Virus record (IMG/VR): IMGVR_UViG_3300046001_004063
Span: 1-64,000 of that record
Strand: one strand, 5' to 3'
Length of the DNA: 64,000 nt
Source of the DNA: a virus
Shown here: positions 63,740 to 64,000 of the stretch, piece after piece
How the letters are laid out: the number at the start of each line of letters is the position of its first letter
Position numbering within the stretch: position 1 is the first letter of the stretch
Translations under genes and position numbers: made by a program
Notes under the pieces: model-generated
Database searches by the model: none
Told to the model about the DNA's origin: nothing
The model's input: the letters and a program-made list of their open reading frames with translations, nothing else

Positions 63740-64000
63740 CTAGCATTCTGCTACGCCGGAAAACTTGATTTCGGGCAGGCGTTCTCTTGGTATGCACAGC
63801 ATGTTTTGGTAATCCACCTGGAAAAAGGCATAATCTGGCACTCCAGCCAAACTAGCCTTGATTGGTTCCTTGCCGCTGATAAAAAACTCTACCCAAATGT
63901 ATGGACGGTGTTGCTGAATAGTTTTGAGCCCACCTGCCAGTGCGGCACACTCGTACCCTTCTACATCTAACTTGACAAAGTCCAAGCGTTCCAATTCCAA
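63740..64000 (-). CDS. FkbM-family methyltransferase, C-terminal part (truncated by window end)
   Basis: LDFVKLDVEGYE..AL.G...TI....P.I.VE. Confidence 0.8.
   Translation of the reverse strand: MELERLDFVKLDVEGYECAALAGGLKTIQQHRPYIWVEFFISGKEPIKASLAGVPDYAFFQVDYQNMLCIPRERLPEIKFSGVAEC

Noticed and set aside
54-63970. Numerous short plus-strand ORFs in the track that lie antisense to long minus-strand genes
   Set aside because: Shadow ORFs: no motifs or start signals, and fully overlapped by well-supported genes
1-64000. Stop-codon reassignment (seen in some jumbo phages)
   Set aside because: Conserved genes are full length under the standard code, and TAA, TAG and TGA all terminate genes

Overview
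Densely coding, mostly minus-strand segment of a large (jumbo-type) tailed dsDNA phage with T4-like features, read with the standard genetic code. The phage identity is inferred from a family-B DNA polymerase, an RFC/gp44-like clamp loader, PhoH, a GroES/gp31-like co-chaperonin, lysis genes, baseplate/tail-fibre genes and TAAATA late-type promoters. A TctC/Bug solute-binding protein hints at a Burkholderiales-like host. Main blocks: DNA polymerase and a modification cluster (radical SAM, 2OG-Fe oxygenases; 0-9.5 kb). Probable capsid-packaged multi-domain polyproteins with T4-like capsid-targeting N-termini and repeated QGVAE-type linkers (9.5-25 kb, plus 32.9-34.9 kb). ClpA/DnaJ and lysis genes (26.8-35.4 kb). 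An amidinotransferase / APS-kinase / sulfotransferase-like / TctC cluster (35.5-42.5 kb). HNH, PhoH and replication accessory genes (43-51 kb). Tail/baseplate genes (51.7-58.6 kb). Auxiliary genes ErpA, SOD, radical SAM and IF-1 (58.7-64 kb). The best candidate for a new system is a protease-cleavable, module-shuffling effector polyprotein array whose junctions share a conserved DNA word (CAAGGTGTGGCGGAAGGC). Also notable are three structured RNA leaders, widespread apparently leaderless transcripts with coupled micro-ORFs, and a possible minimal PAPS-synthase/sulfotransferase pathway. All calls come from motifs read by eye; no database searches were run.
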